Shown here: positions 1 through 11,715 of the stretch, one piece after another
Position numbering within the stretch: position 1 is the stretch's first letter
How the letters are laid out: the number at the start of each line of letters is the position of its first letter
NCBI GenBank assembly: GCA_038087875.1
Contig: CM075989.1
Location: 22,508,001 to 22,572,000, forward strand
Reading direction: 5' to 3'
DNA length: 64,000 nucleotides
DNA from: Malacoraja senta
Taxonomy: Eukaryota
Notes under the pieces: model-generated
The model's database searches: none
What the model saw: the letters and a program-made list of their open reading frames with translations, nothing else
What the model was told of the DNA's origin: nothing
Made by a program: the position numbers and the translations under genes

Positions 1-1735
1 AGATGGCCACGCACCACTTAACGGAAAAGAGTGCATTACCGTGTTAAAGGGCACAGTTCAAAGGTGACCATATTTCTCATTAAGAGAGGGATCCACAGTA
101 TATACATAGCCAGCCTAAAATCAATATTTGTTGTGTGCACGTGATCAGCAGCGGTGAAGAATACTGTAATTGGACTCTTATGTCAAATAACCCTTGCCTT
201 AAATAGATCTCTTCTATTTGACATTTGTTTGTTTGATCTTGTACAAGCTGCATTAGAGCTATGTTATTTCATTGCCATTTAATGTCAAAGATAACAGGTC
301 ACTTGTGAATATTCATATCCGAGATCAAGGTTACTTTGAGTTCATTGCAGGAGGTGTGTAATTGTGTTGTTTCCGCAGTGTAGGCTGATGATTATTTTAT
401 ACTTTATGGACAAAATCTCCCAACAGAATACCTTTAACTACTATATCTGACTCGCAAGGAATGTTTCATTGAGGCAGTTTATGTAAACAATAAAAAACAA
501 GGTATGGATATATTATTAATATATTAAAGATATTTACTTTATCTGTCCAAATGGTTAGATTAATTTGTTATTTAATGCTCTTTAGCATACCTTATACCAC
601 TAAAAACAGGACTAATTGTGTGTCTTTCTCTGTAGGATTGAGCATACATCAATCCCAATCGATAATTAATATTTAATCTTAATTTTAAACTTACTGTAGT
701 CACTTCTTTTGGCCAGTTGTATTCTTACTGACATCCCATTTGAATCGGTATATTGTCATATCAATAAAAAAAAAGGCAATGAGAGCTTTTTATATTCTAA
801 TTGGCTCAGATTTTATACATAATAAAAAATAAATAGCTTTTGTCAGTTTTTATGAATAAATAGGAAACTAAAGGGAATGAAACGAGTGGACAATAGAGGG
901 CTGGGGATATATTGGGTGCCATTTTGCATTCATAATAAGAAGTCATTGCAAATGTCCCATCATTAATTAACTAAACTGCAGACATAATCTAATACTGATG
1001 AATTAATATTCCAACAAAAAGTTACGTGCAACACCTTCAGTATTAAAATTACTTTCCTCCTTTATATATTATTATATTTTGCTGTTACATAAGGTGTTCA
1101 TAGTTAAATTATTGTATTTGCATCTTTTTTTGCATAAACGTTATGCAATATAATTCTGCCGCGATCACATCAACTCCATTGTCTACACTGAACTGTCACT
1201 AACTGCAGCCCGTTTTCCATTGAGAAAAGAGGATTTTATTTTAGTGAATTTTGATGTATTTGAAGGGGAACGATTGTTCACTTCAGTAGGGCGAGACCAT
1301 GTTTCAATAAGACAAATGGCATTTGGGTGCTAAAATGGCAGCCAATGATAACTCATTGTAAGGAGATCGGAAGAGTAAGGATTGAATAGACTGGTAAAAG
1401 AGTAATTGAAAAGCATGTGTAGGAGAAAGAGATTTAAGTCTAAGCAATTACTTACTTAGCGAGTAGCTTCTTGCTTAACCCTTTCTCGTCCATAGTACAC
1501 TTATTCGAAGTGCTCATACTTTGTAATCCAAGGCAAAATTAAACTTAACAGCAATCTTCCAAGTTGCCTGGTTTCTCGATTTCTAAAGACCAGAGATTCC
1601 TCCTACCATTCACTCCCCACTATTGCTAAACACTGTATATTAAGTTGGCCACGGCCAAGTCTTTGATGATTATCCAAAGGGATAGAAAAAGGCCATTCAA
1701 TCCCTTTGGTCTGTTCTAGCAATCATTTATATCTT

Positions 1736-1789
1736 GAGGTGGGAGATTGCAACCTTCACGTGGTCCACCCTGTTTCGACGAATGCAATC
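1736..1789 (+). ncRNA. Minimal HDV-like (CPEB3-type) self-cleaving ribozyme fold at the 5' end of a short retroposon
   Basis: Manual fold: P1 GAGGTGG(1736-42)/CCACCCT(1765-71) with G1.U wobble and one A-C mismatch; P2 GATTGCA(1745-51)/TGCAATC(1783-89); P3 ACC/GGT; L3 TTCACGT; GT followed by a tiny P4 (TTCGA); J4/2 CGAA with candidate catalytic C1779. The element order matches the HDV double pseudoknot. Confidence 0.8.
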
Positions 1790-1871
1790 AACCCGGCGTG
1801 CACAAGCAGAAGATCAAACAGAACGAGTTGTCTTACAACTTTAGGCTGTGCACGCCATACGCAAGAAGAAG
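1736..1871 (+). mobile_element. ~135-nt ribozyme-headed short retroposon with (AAG)n tail, copy 1
   Basis: Closely similar to 26825-26963 and to the reverse complement of 16722-16853; ends ...GCACGCCATACGCAAGAAGAAG; no tRNA A/B boxes seen. Confidence 0.85.
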
Positions 1872-2009
1872 TCAGGATCGAACCGGGGTCGCTGGCGCTG
1901 TGAGGCAGCAACTCTAGCACCTTGGTTGGAGTTGCTAATGCCAATTCTATATGTCACAAAGGCCCATCTACAAAACCTATCAGTGAAAGAAATCATCAGC
2001 TATATTTAA

Positions 2010-2240
2010 GTCCATTCCTCTCCAGAGATGCTGCCTGTCCCGCTGAGTTAGTCCAGTTGTTTTGTGTCTGTCTTCGATGTAAACCAGCATCTGCAGTTCC
2101 TTCCTACATATTTTAGTTCACCCTGAGGTATTAGACTCGAAGACAGGCACAAAAAGCTGGAGTAACTCAGCGGTTCAGGCAGCATCTATGGAGAAAAGGA
2201 ATGGGTGATGTTTCGGGTCAAGGCATTCTTCTTCAGACTT
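2010..2240. mobile_element. Two oppositely oriented Penelope-like 3'-end fragments
   Basis: CCAGAGATGCTGCCTGTCCCGCTGAG...CAGCATCTGCAGTTCCTTCCTACA followed by its reverse complement; same unit as the 3' end of 4150-4512. Confidence 0.75.
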
Positions 2241-3030
2241 GAGATTCAGGTAATGTCCTGCTGGCAATTGGTGACGTTATTTTTGGATCTTTTTACTCTA
2301 CATCAAGAAATAAAGAACTTACTCTGCCGCTTGAACCCAAATCACGAAAGATATATCACTTCATCCTTAAACAGGCAGTAAATGCAGTTTGCAATGCAAT
2401 GCTTGAAGATGTTCTTTTCCATTTTGTTTTGGCAATTTCATAAAATCATATTTCTTGTTGGCTTTAGGACACTTGGTATACGTCACACTTCCTCCATGAA
2501 AGAGTGCTCAAAGCATAGCGGAATCATTCAGAGAATGCAACACCCTGTGCCCTATCTCAATGAAGTCGTTGTTGACCCTACTTTTGAAGGTCTGAGAATC
2601 AGTTATTATCTGCGCTGAGAGCATGGAGCTCTTAGAAGTGCAAAGGAAATGGCCTGGAGGTTACGAGTTCTGGAACGTGAAGCATGGTTGTAATCAACAG
2701 CCAGGGTGGTCAAAAATACATAGATATTGTGGCAAGTGTCATTCCACTCGGAATCAGTGAAATCTAACAAATAGCATGAGATGGTGAGTGAACAAGGGTG
2801 CAATTTATTAAAGGTGTCCAAGGGTATAATTTATTAAAGGCTATTGGGAGTGTTGTTGCAGCGGTCACAATTATTGTCAGTCATTTTCAGGATGGTTGAG
2901 CATTTCTGGTCATCCCTCTACATTACAAAACTAAACATTACAACACGACATCCTCCTTCCATTATAAAAAGCCAACCTTGAGTCAATTCAATTCACCCTT
3001 GGGTCAATTCAAGGAAAAGCCGAATGCACC

Positions 3031-3307
3031 ATAGAGTCATAGAGTGATACAGCATGGAAACAGACCATTCAGCCCAACTTGCCCACACCAGCCAACATGC
3101 CCCTGCTACACTAGTCCCACCTACCTGTGTTTGGCCCATACCCCTCCAAACCTGTCCTATCCATGTACCTGTCTAACTGTTTCATAAATGTCGGGATACT
3201 CCCAGCCTCAACTACCTCTTCTGGCAGCTTGTTCTATACACCCACCACCGTCTGTGTGAAAAAGTTACCCCTCAGATTCCTATTGAATATTTTCCCCCTC
3301 ACCTTAA
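3031..3307 (-). mobile_element. CR1 LINE 3' fragment (subfamily with CTATGA-type tail)
   Basis: Same sequence family as 23350-23740, which encodes SRTRGHRFKVKGKRF; ATAGAGTCATAGAG tail. Confidence 0.85.
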
Positions 3308-4149
3308 GGTCGTAAGGTCATAAGGAATAGGAGTAGAATTAGGCCATTTGGCCCATCAAGTCTACTCCACCATTCAATCATGAAGAGGCAGTGAGAACGG
3401 GTAATCGATGATCGCCCTGGTGGACCGAAGGGCCTCTTTCCATGCTGTATCTCTAAACTAAGCAAAATTAAACTAAACCTGGGTTGAATCCTAAACTAGG
3501 TGCTGCCTGTGTAGAGTTTGCCCTTGGAACATGGAACATAGAACAGTACGGAACCGGCCCTTCGGCCCACAACATCTGTCCAAACATGCTGCCAAGACTA
3601 TCTATTATCTACCTGTGCATAATCCATGTCCATCCATTTCCTGCATATCCATATGCCTATACCAATACCAAAAGCCTCTGAAAGCCTCGGTCGTTTCTGC
3701 TTCAACCCACCCTGTGTTTCAGGCACTCACCAACATCTGTGTAAAAATAGACACAAAAACACTGGAGTAACTCAGCGGGTCAAAAGGGTGTAAAAATAGT
3801 TGTCCTGCATATCTCCTTTAAATTTTGCCCCTCTCAACCTGAACCCATGCTCTCTCATATTTGATTTTCCCATCCTGGGAAAACGTTCTGGCTGTCAACC
3901 CTATCTCTGGCTCTCCTGATTTTATACACCTGCATCAGGTAAATGTCTGTGCTACCCGCATGGAATTTTCACTCCCGTTTCTCATATCTTCGTGCTCCTC
4001 CATCTACTTTGGCTGCCAGAGTGCCAGTTTCTTCCTTGCACCACCCTGAAAAAAGTTGTCTTACTATTGATTAACCCACAATGATGCAAATTCAACTAGT
4101 TTGCTGTAATCTCCAAATTAATACGTTTTTGTTGTGGGGGAAAACAAAC

Positions 4150-4512
4150 TAATTGGAGGAACAGCATCTCATATTTCGTTTGGGCAACTCACAACCCAAT
4201 GGTACGAATATTGATTTCTCTAATTTAAGTAACCCCGGCATTCCCTCTCTCTCCAACCCTCCCCCACCCAAGTCACACCAGCTTCTCATTCACACCTAGC
4301 AAACAGCTTTCACCTTTCCTTTATCATCATTACTTTATTGCATATCATTCATTAATCTGTTCAATATCTCTCTACATCACCATCTATATCTCTCATTTCC
4401 CTTTCCCCTGACTAGTCTGAAAAAGGGTCTCGACCCGTAAGGTCACCCAATCCTTCTCTCCAGAGATGCTGCCTGTCCCGCCGAGTTACACCAACATTTC
4501 GTGTCTATCTTC
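4150..4512 (+). mobile_element. Penelope-like element 3' part (end of GIY-YIG ORF plus 3' UTR)
   Basis: From 4153 it translates LEEQHLIFRLGNSQPNGTNIDFSNL, a typical PLE endonuclease C-terminus, followed by the recurrent CTGAA(A/G)AAGGGTCTCGACCCG unit. Confidence 0.8.
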
Positions 4513-4647
4513 AGTCAAAATCAAAATCCTGGCAATAAAGTTTAGTTCACTTTAGTTTAGTTTATTGTCACATGTACCGAGGTACAGCGAGAAGCTTCCG
4601 TTGCGTGCTAACCAGTCAGCGGAAATCCAAAATCTAAAGAAGGGCCA

Positions 4648-4825
4648 ATTCTCTGGATGCTTTCAAGAGTTAGATAGAGCACTTAAAGATGGCGGAGGCA
4701 GCGGATATGGGGAGAAAGCAGGTACGGGGTACTGAATGTGGATGATCAGCCATGATCACAGTGAATGGCGGTGCTGGCTCGAAGTGCCGAATGGCCTACT
4801 CCTGCACCTATTGCCTATTGTCTAT
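4648..4825 (+). mobile_element. CR1 LINE 3' fragment (CTATTGT-tail subfamily)
   Basis: GATATGGGGAGAAAGCAGG...GGCCTACTCCTGCACCTATTG, shared with 35608-35877 and 62170-62585. Confidence 0.8.
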
Positions 4826-4900
4826 GGTAATAAAATCAATTTCTTTTTCACATTAAAATCACAGCTTTAGAGTGGCAGAGGGGTGCTAATCAGCAATATA

Positions 4901-5308
4901 CAGGCCCACCAGCCGATATTCTGGCAACTGGTGGCCCGGCACCTTCTTTAATCTGGACATAATTACAAGAGCGCGGTTGAAATGTCCCCCTGGAAGTTCC
5001 CCCCAAAATGTGGCGCCTAAGCTGGGCGAGGCGGCCGATCTCGATCTCATCGGGGGGGGCTTCCGCGGCTGATGGACAGGTCGAATTTGCCCCCTGCGGC
5101 CGGGTCTTTGGAACTCCGGCCCGGCCGGGGCTTTGGAACTCCGGCCCGGCCGGAGCCGGCAGATCTGCTCCCATGGCCGGCTTCCGAGGCCGACTTTGCG
5201 GGCCGGTATCTCAGCCCCACCAAGGCCATCACCTCTGTTGGTCCGGCAAAACGGATAATACGGCAAGGCTCTGGAACCAAGGGTGCCGGAGAATCGGTGG
5301 TGGTCCTG
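4901..5308. mobile_element. GC-rich non-autonomous Tc1/mariner (Tigger/pogo-like) MITE
   Basis: TA|CAGGCCCACCAGCCGAT ... ATCGGTGGTGGTCCTG|TA: imperfect TIRs starting CAG with TA TSD; internal 23-bp tandem duplication CTTTGGAACTCCGGCCCGGCCGG. Confidence 0.65.
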
Positions 5309-5344
5309 TACTGTAAGTTGGTGCACCATAAATTATGTTCAGGG

Positions 5345-5567
5345 TAGACACAAAATGCTGGAGTAACTCAGCGGGACGGACAGGCAGCATCTCTGGAGAG
5401 AAGGAATGGGTGACGTTTCGGGTCGAGGCCCTTCTTCGGACTCTGAAGTTTCAACCCGAAACGTCACCCATTCCTTCTCGCCAGAGATGCTGCCTGTCCC
5501 GCTGAGTTTATCCAGCATTTTGTGTCTACCTTTGATTTAAAGCAGCATCTGCCGTTCTTTCCTACAC
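5345..5567. mobile_element. Fold-back (inverted dimer) Penelope-like 3' fragment
   Basis: About 90-bp inverted arms; imperfect TSD AAATTATGTTCAGG / AAGTTATGTGCAGG. Confidence 0.8.
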
Positions 5568-5974
5568 AAAGTTATGTGCAGGCTGGACTAGCAATCAGAC
5601 AGGAATTCTCGGTTAGTCACTGGTGCTGTCATGACACCAGGAAGCCATTAATGAGTTTGGAGTTCCCATGCGTGTAGTTTCAGTGGTAGTAAACGTCACC
5701 CTAGAGGCTATAGAATCAAATAAAAACTGCAGGTGCTGCAAATCTGAAATTAAAAAACAAACAGAAAATATTGGGAAAATCTCAACGGATTATGCAGCAT
5801 CTGAGAGAGCGAGAAACAGGTCTGACAGACACCTAGTTCCCAGGGTGGCAATGTCTAAGGTTAGAGGACATAGCTTTAAAGTGAGATGGGCAAAGTTTAA
5901 AGAAGACTTGACTAAGTGGGACCCGGGAGGGCTGGTCCCCCAACGCAATATTCCATCTCTCCACCAATTCCAAT

Positions 5975-6245
5975 ATACACTCACACACACTCACACACTC
6001 ACACACACTCACACACTCACTCACACACTCACTCACACACTCACTCACTCACTCACAGACTCACACGCTCACACATACTCTCACACACACTCACATACAC
6101 TCACACACACACATACACACTCACACACTCACACACACTCACACACACACACACACACTCACACACACACACACACACTCACACACACACATACACACTC
6201 ACACACTCACACACACACATACACACACACTCACACATACACACT

Positions 6246-6316
<71 letters not shown>

Positions 6317-6491
6317 ACATACACACATACACATACACACTCACACACACACTCACACACACTCACACACACACACATACACACACACTCACACACACAC
6401 ACACTCACACACACACTCACACACACTCACACACACACACACACTCACACACATACACACACACACACATACACACACACACACATACACA

Positions 6492-6528
<37 letters not shown>

Positions 6529-6557
6529 ACACACTCACACACACACACACATACACA

Positions 6558-6594
<37 letters not shown>

Positions 6595-6595
6595 A

Positions 6596-6634
<39 letters not shown>

Positions 6635-6691
6635 ACACACTCACACACATACACACTCACACACACACTCACACACATACACACTCACACA

Positions 6692-6730
<39 letters not shown>

Positions 6731-6733
6731 ACA

Positions 6734-6772
<39 letters not shown>

Positions 6773-6801
6773 ACACACTCACACACATACACACTCACAC
6801 A

Positions 6802-6832
<31 letters not shown>

Positions 6833-6929
6833 TCACACACACACTCACACACACACTCACACACATACACACTCACACACACACATACACTCACACACAC
6901 ACACACACACACTCACACACACATACACA

Positions 6930-6966
<37 letters not shown>

Positions 6967-7075
6967 ACACACTCACACACATACACACTCACACACACAC
7001 AAACACACACACACACATACACTCACACACAGACACACACACTCACACGCACACATACACACACATACACTCATA
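5975..7075. repeat. ~1.1-kb compound (CA)n microsatellite with CT/TA interruptions
   Basis: Directly visible acacactcacacacatacac... array. Confidence 0.98.
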
Positions 7076-7939
7076 CAGAGGATTACAGGTCATGTGTTAT
7101 ATTACAATAAATATTATATACTTTATTTGCAAAGATGTGTGGATTTGTAGTTTAATAAACCTCTGTAAAATTGCCCATAATTTGTCGGGACAAGGAACTA
7201 CTAAATGCTGGAGGAATTCTGCGGGTCAGGTAGCATCTCTAGAGAAAATTGGTGGGTGACGTTTCAGGTCGGGACCAGACTGAAGAAGGGTCCTAATCAG
7301 AAACGTCACCTATCCATGTTCCCCAGGGATGCAGCATGACCAGCTGAGCAACTCCAGCATTTTGTGTCCTTCCATAATGTGTAACGAGTGGATGAAAAAT
7401 TGGGATAACCTTGAATTAGTATGCCTGGTGGTTAGCGTGGGTTCGGTGGGCCAAAGGGCCATCTCCATGCCGTATCTTAACAATGTTCATAAGTTCAGAA
7501 ATGTTAATGCTATGGGAAAACTTATTGACCAATGCATTGGGGTTTTTTTTCTGGGGAAGTGTGGAACAAGGGAATTCTGTGGATCTATAATACTTGGACT
7601 TCCACAAGCTGTTTGATAAGGTACCACATCAAAGAATACCCACTGCCTCACAGCACCAGAGACCAGAGTTCAAATCTAATCTGTGCTCCAGTCTGTGTGG
7701 AGTAGGTGAGTATGTGGATCTTGTCCGATCTAATTTCCACCTATATCCCATACACATGCAGGTTGGTAAGTTCATTTGCCACCATAAATCGCCCCAAGTG
7801 TATAAGTGACTGGTGGAACCTGTGCCTAGTTTACGAGATTGTGGGAAGAAACAAAATGGGGATTGATGCAGGATTAATCTAAATGGGTGGTTGATGGTTG
7901 GTGCGGACTAGGTGCACTGAAGGCGATGTATCTCATGGT

Positions 7940-8176
7940 GTCTCTACGGGGTTTGTACGTTCTCCCCGTGACCTTTGTGGGGTTTTTCCAAGATCTTTGG
8001 TTTCCTCCCACACTCCAAAGACACGGAGGTTTGTAGGTTAATTGGCTTGGTGTAAGTGTAAAAAATTGTCCCCAGTGGGTGTAGGATAGTGTAAATGTGC
8101 GGGGATCGCTGGTCGGCGCGGACCCGGTAGACCGAAGGGCCTGTTTCAACGCTGAATCTCTAAACTAAACTAAACT
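7940..8176 (+). mobile_element. V-SINE (HE1-like), 5'-truncated
   Basis: V-domain GTTTGTACGTTCTCCCCGTGACC...TTTCCTCCCACACTCCAAAGAC and (CTAAA)n tail. Confidence 0.85.
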
Positions 8177-8256
8177 GGGATCATTGATCATAGTTTGCAG
8201 CCAATGACAGTTCACAACTAAACTGGAGAAGGGCTTCAACTGTGACTGAGATACTT

Positions 8257-8847
8257 GCTTAGGAAGTTCAGCATGTCCCCAACAACTCTCACCAACTTCC
8301 ACAGATGCACCATAGAAAGCATTTTTATCGGGATACATCGCAGCTTGGTTTGGGAACAGCTCCATCCAAGACTGCAAGAAATTGCAGCGGATTGTGGACG
8401 CAGCCCAGACCGTCACACAAACCAACCTCCCTTCCATTGACTCCATCTACACCTCACGCTGCATCGGCAAGGCCAGCAGCATAATCAAAGACGAGTCGCA
8501 CCCTGGCCACTCCCTCTTCTCGCCTCTCGCATTCGGCAAAAGGTGCAGATGTGAAAACACACACCTCCAGATTCAGGGACAGTTTCTTCCCAGCTGTTAT
8601 CAGGCAACTGAATCATCCTACCACAACCAGAGAGCGGTCCTGAACTACTATCTACCTCATTGGTGACCCTTGGACTATCCTTGATTAGACTTAACTGGCT
8701 TTACCTTGCACTAAACGTTATTCCCTTATCGTATCTATACACTGTAAATGGCTCGATTGTAACGATGTATTGTCTTTGCGCAACAAAATGCTTTTCACTG
8801 TACCTTGGTACACGTGACAATAAACTAAACTGAAACTGAAACTGAAC
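8257..8847 (+). mobile_element. Rex1/Babar-clade LINE 3' fragment (RT C-terminus plus 3' UTR)
   Basis: Frameshifted LRKFSMSPTTLTNFHRCTIESI...LQRIVDAAQTVTQTNLPSIDSIYTSRCIGKASSIIKDESHPGHSLF; ends CAATAAACTAAACTGAAAC. Confidence 0.85.
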
Positions 8848-10227
8848 TGCTCTCTGCGTTCTCTCGTTTCCTGACCAGAGCTGTTTCTCCTCATTGATTC
8901 CTCTCTCACAGGTGAGGGAAACAGGCACAGTGTGTCAAGGGTGACCCTGTGACAACAGACGCCTCTCCTTACCAACTTCCTCCCTTCCCTTTCATTAAAG
9001 AAGGTCTCGTTGCCTTATTGGGATATGGGATGCAAGTGTCACCTGCTTAAGTGACCCCCTTGTTAGCCCCACAGCCAATGAACCGGAAGTCTCGTCTCCC
9101 ATGTAGGAATGCTAGGCTGCCACATCCTCCCTGGGCCGGCCATCAGTTGACGTCCACACTTGGAGGTCAGTGGATAGTATGAAGAGCAAGGACTCACGAG
9201 CATCGAGGACAAATGCAGAAGCCCCTACCACCCTCCCAGCTGAGATCAATGAACCAGAACAGACCAGGTATCGAGCGTTTGATTGTGCCTTTGTTATATC
9301 GTTGAATCTTTATTCATGTCTCCAGATGCAACATGGAGAGGCCATTGCTATGACAACTCACAGGGTTTCAGATTGACAGCAGTTGTAGCAGTGAGCAGAT
9401 TCATCATCTTGCCTTCTTTTAAAAATAGACTCTGGCTAGAATTAAGCTCTTAAATGGTTAAGATACGCAGTAGTAATGGGGGTTAAAGCCTGAAACCATG
9501 GCAATCTTTCTGAAGTGATTTTCTCGTTCTCCCTCTGAACTGCTAAGCCCGATGTGTTTAAACCTGCACAGTGACGTCGCAAGAATCAAGGGGATTATAA
9601 AATTACCATCAGGGCCTTCCTCCCCGCCAATCCACAATATTACCCAGGAGCTTGGGCAAATGTGAAGACACGGCAGGTAACAAGCAAGCTGTGATCTGCC
9701 CCGCTTACCTTGCCCAGGTGTGCACTAAATTGGTATTAATGGCAATATCATTTTGTGCATTTGGCTACTGGCTGCTATTTGTTTTTAATTACCCGATGTT
9801 TTCCATTTCCTTTAGCTGACAACCATTAAATAGGGAGTGACAGCAGAACACTGCAGTGTTAGAAAGACAATGGGCCTCTGACTTGGATAGAACAGGCTGC
9901 ATTGCCTCCTAGTGGCACAGAGTGATATCAATCTGGCCGTCGCTGTATTCATTAAGTTCACCCACTGCAGTGCCGACCAAATTCATTTAATCCCCACATT
10001 TTATCAGTCGTTAGATCTGAAGTCCAGGAATTCTTGTTAATATTCTACCGCATGCACGCTGGCCGTTTTGAAAAAGCTCTTATTCAGCTCCACACTCTCG
10101 CTGTTAACAATTCCAACCCTGCCTCGTCTGAAGCGTTATCAATTGAGTGAGAAATTTAAATTACAAAGTTTGTTCGAAAGGACAATAAATTTCATTCATG
10201 GCTTTGGATGCAAACCCTCCTGCTAAT

Positions 10228-10525
10228 GGGTGGCAGGGTGGTGCAGCGGCAGAGTTGCTGCCTCACAGCGCCAGAGACCCGGGTTCAATCCTGACTATGG
10301 GTGCTGTCTGTGTGGAGTTTGTCCGTTCTCCCTGTGACCGCGTGGGTTTTCTCCGGGTGCTCCGGTTTCCTCCCACACTCCAAAGACGCACAGGTTGGCA
10401 GGTTAATTGGCTTCGATAAAATTGTCCCTAGTGTGTAGGATTCTGCTAGTGTACGGGGTGGTCACTGTTCTGCGTGGACCCAGTGGGCCAAAGGGCCTGT
10501 TTCCGCGCTGTATCTCTGAACTGAA
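10228..10525 (+). mobile_element. V-SINE (HE1-like), full length
   Basis: tRNA-like head with A box TGGTGCAGCGG and B box GGTTCAATCC, V-domain, CR1-like 3' end GGGCCAAAGGGCCTGTTTCCGCGCTGTATC. Confidence 0.9.
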
Positions 10526-10867
10526 TTGCATTTATCAACGATGATGAACAATGCAAACCTTTAATCTTTCATAAACCGCCACGCTGGTGTTTTCTAAAGC
10601 AATTGGTTTGTTTTTGTGAAAATGGAATTGATATCATCCAGAATATTTTTTGTAATAATTATGTCATTTCCCAGAAGCTTTGATATGGGGCAGACGATGA
10701 ATTTACCAACTCCCTGGAAAATTGGGATGTACTCGGGTTTGAAAATTAATCTGATTTCTATTATAATAACATAATCTTTAATACAATATTCTTAAGTATA
10801 ATCATGTTTTGAAACACAAAAGGCTTGAGGTATTTTTAATCTATTAAATGAGTTATTCAACTCCTGC

Positions 10868-11192
10868 TTTAGACATTGGAGAAATAGCGTGCAAACAGGC
10901 AATTTGTCTAGCCTGTTTAAAGCAGGAGATGATTCCGTGCTGACTTGTGATCACCCCGTGACTTGCTCTATCCTACACACAAGGAACAAATTAAATGTTT
11001 TTACAGCAGCCAATTAACCTACAAACCTGCACGTCATTGGAGTGTGGGAAGAAACTGGAGCACCCGGAGAAAACCCACGCGGTCACAAGGAGAAAGTACA
11101 AACTCCTTACAGACAAGCACCCGTAGCCAGGATTGAACCTGCGTCTCTGGTGCTGTGAGGCAGCAACTCTGCCGCTGTGCCACTGTGCACCC
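10868..11192 (-). mobile_element. V-SINE copy
   Basis: Reverse complement of the 10228 family. Confidence 0.85.
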
Positions 11193-11504
11193 TCACATTA
11201 TGATAATGCCGGAAAATGGCTCAGATGGTTCAGATGGTTGGAATGCATCTGGGCTAATGTTGCAAATCAGAAAATATATGAAATGGATTTCTTTCTTATT
11301 GTCAACGAATAGCTACGAATACACTAAAATATTTTTAAAAACATATACATAAGCATGAGGAAGAATGGGTGCATACTTAGCTACCAACCTGCCTCTATCA
11401 TTGAGTTCCAAGGTGAAAACAGAATCTGTGACATTAGACTGGGTGACCTTTGAAGTCAGTAAGAAGAATTGTATTCTTCCTTGTAACATCAACAAATGAA
11501 ACAA

Positions 11505-11712
11505 AACATGTTTGTATTTAAGCATCATGTTGGAATATCCCAAATTGTTTCAGCACCACGATAATTTTTGTTTGGAGTGGTAACTCTCCAGTAATGTGAA
11601 GCGTTGTAATCAAATTTATACTTAGCAATATGCCACAATGGCAGTGTGCTAACAATTAACTAATCCGATTTTAATTTATTGATCGAGGGATAAATATTGG
11701 CTAGGACACTGT
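11505..11712 (-). mobile_element. Old degenerate DeuSINE (SacSINE1/AmnSINE1-like) remnant
   Basis: GAGGGATAAATATTGGCTAGGACAC and the decayed upstream sequence resemble the reverse of the Deu-domain 3' part as I recall it. Confidence 0.45.
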
Positions 11713-11715
11713 TTG

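Noticed and set aside
4886..5347. Overlapping GC-rich ORFs or CpG-island promoter
   Set aside because: Bounded by TIRs and TA TSD; better explained as a MITE.
5668..7259. 480-aa and 447-aa His/Thr-rich ORFs and antisense Cys/Val ORFs
   Set aside because: Translations of the (CA)n microsatellite, which lacks stop codons; not genes.
9170..9376. 68-aa ORF in unique sequence as an exon
   Set aside because: No convincing splice acceptor or recognisable homology.
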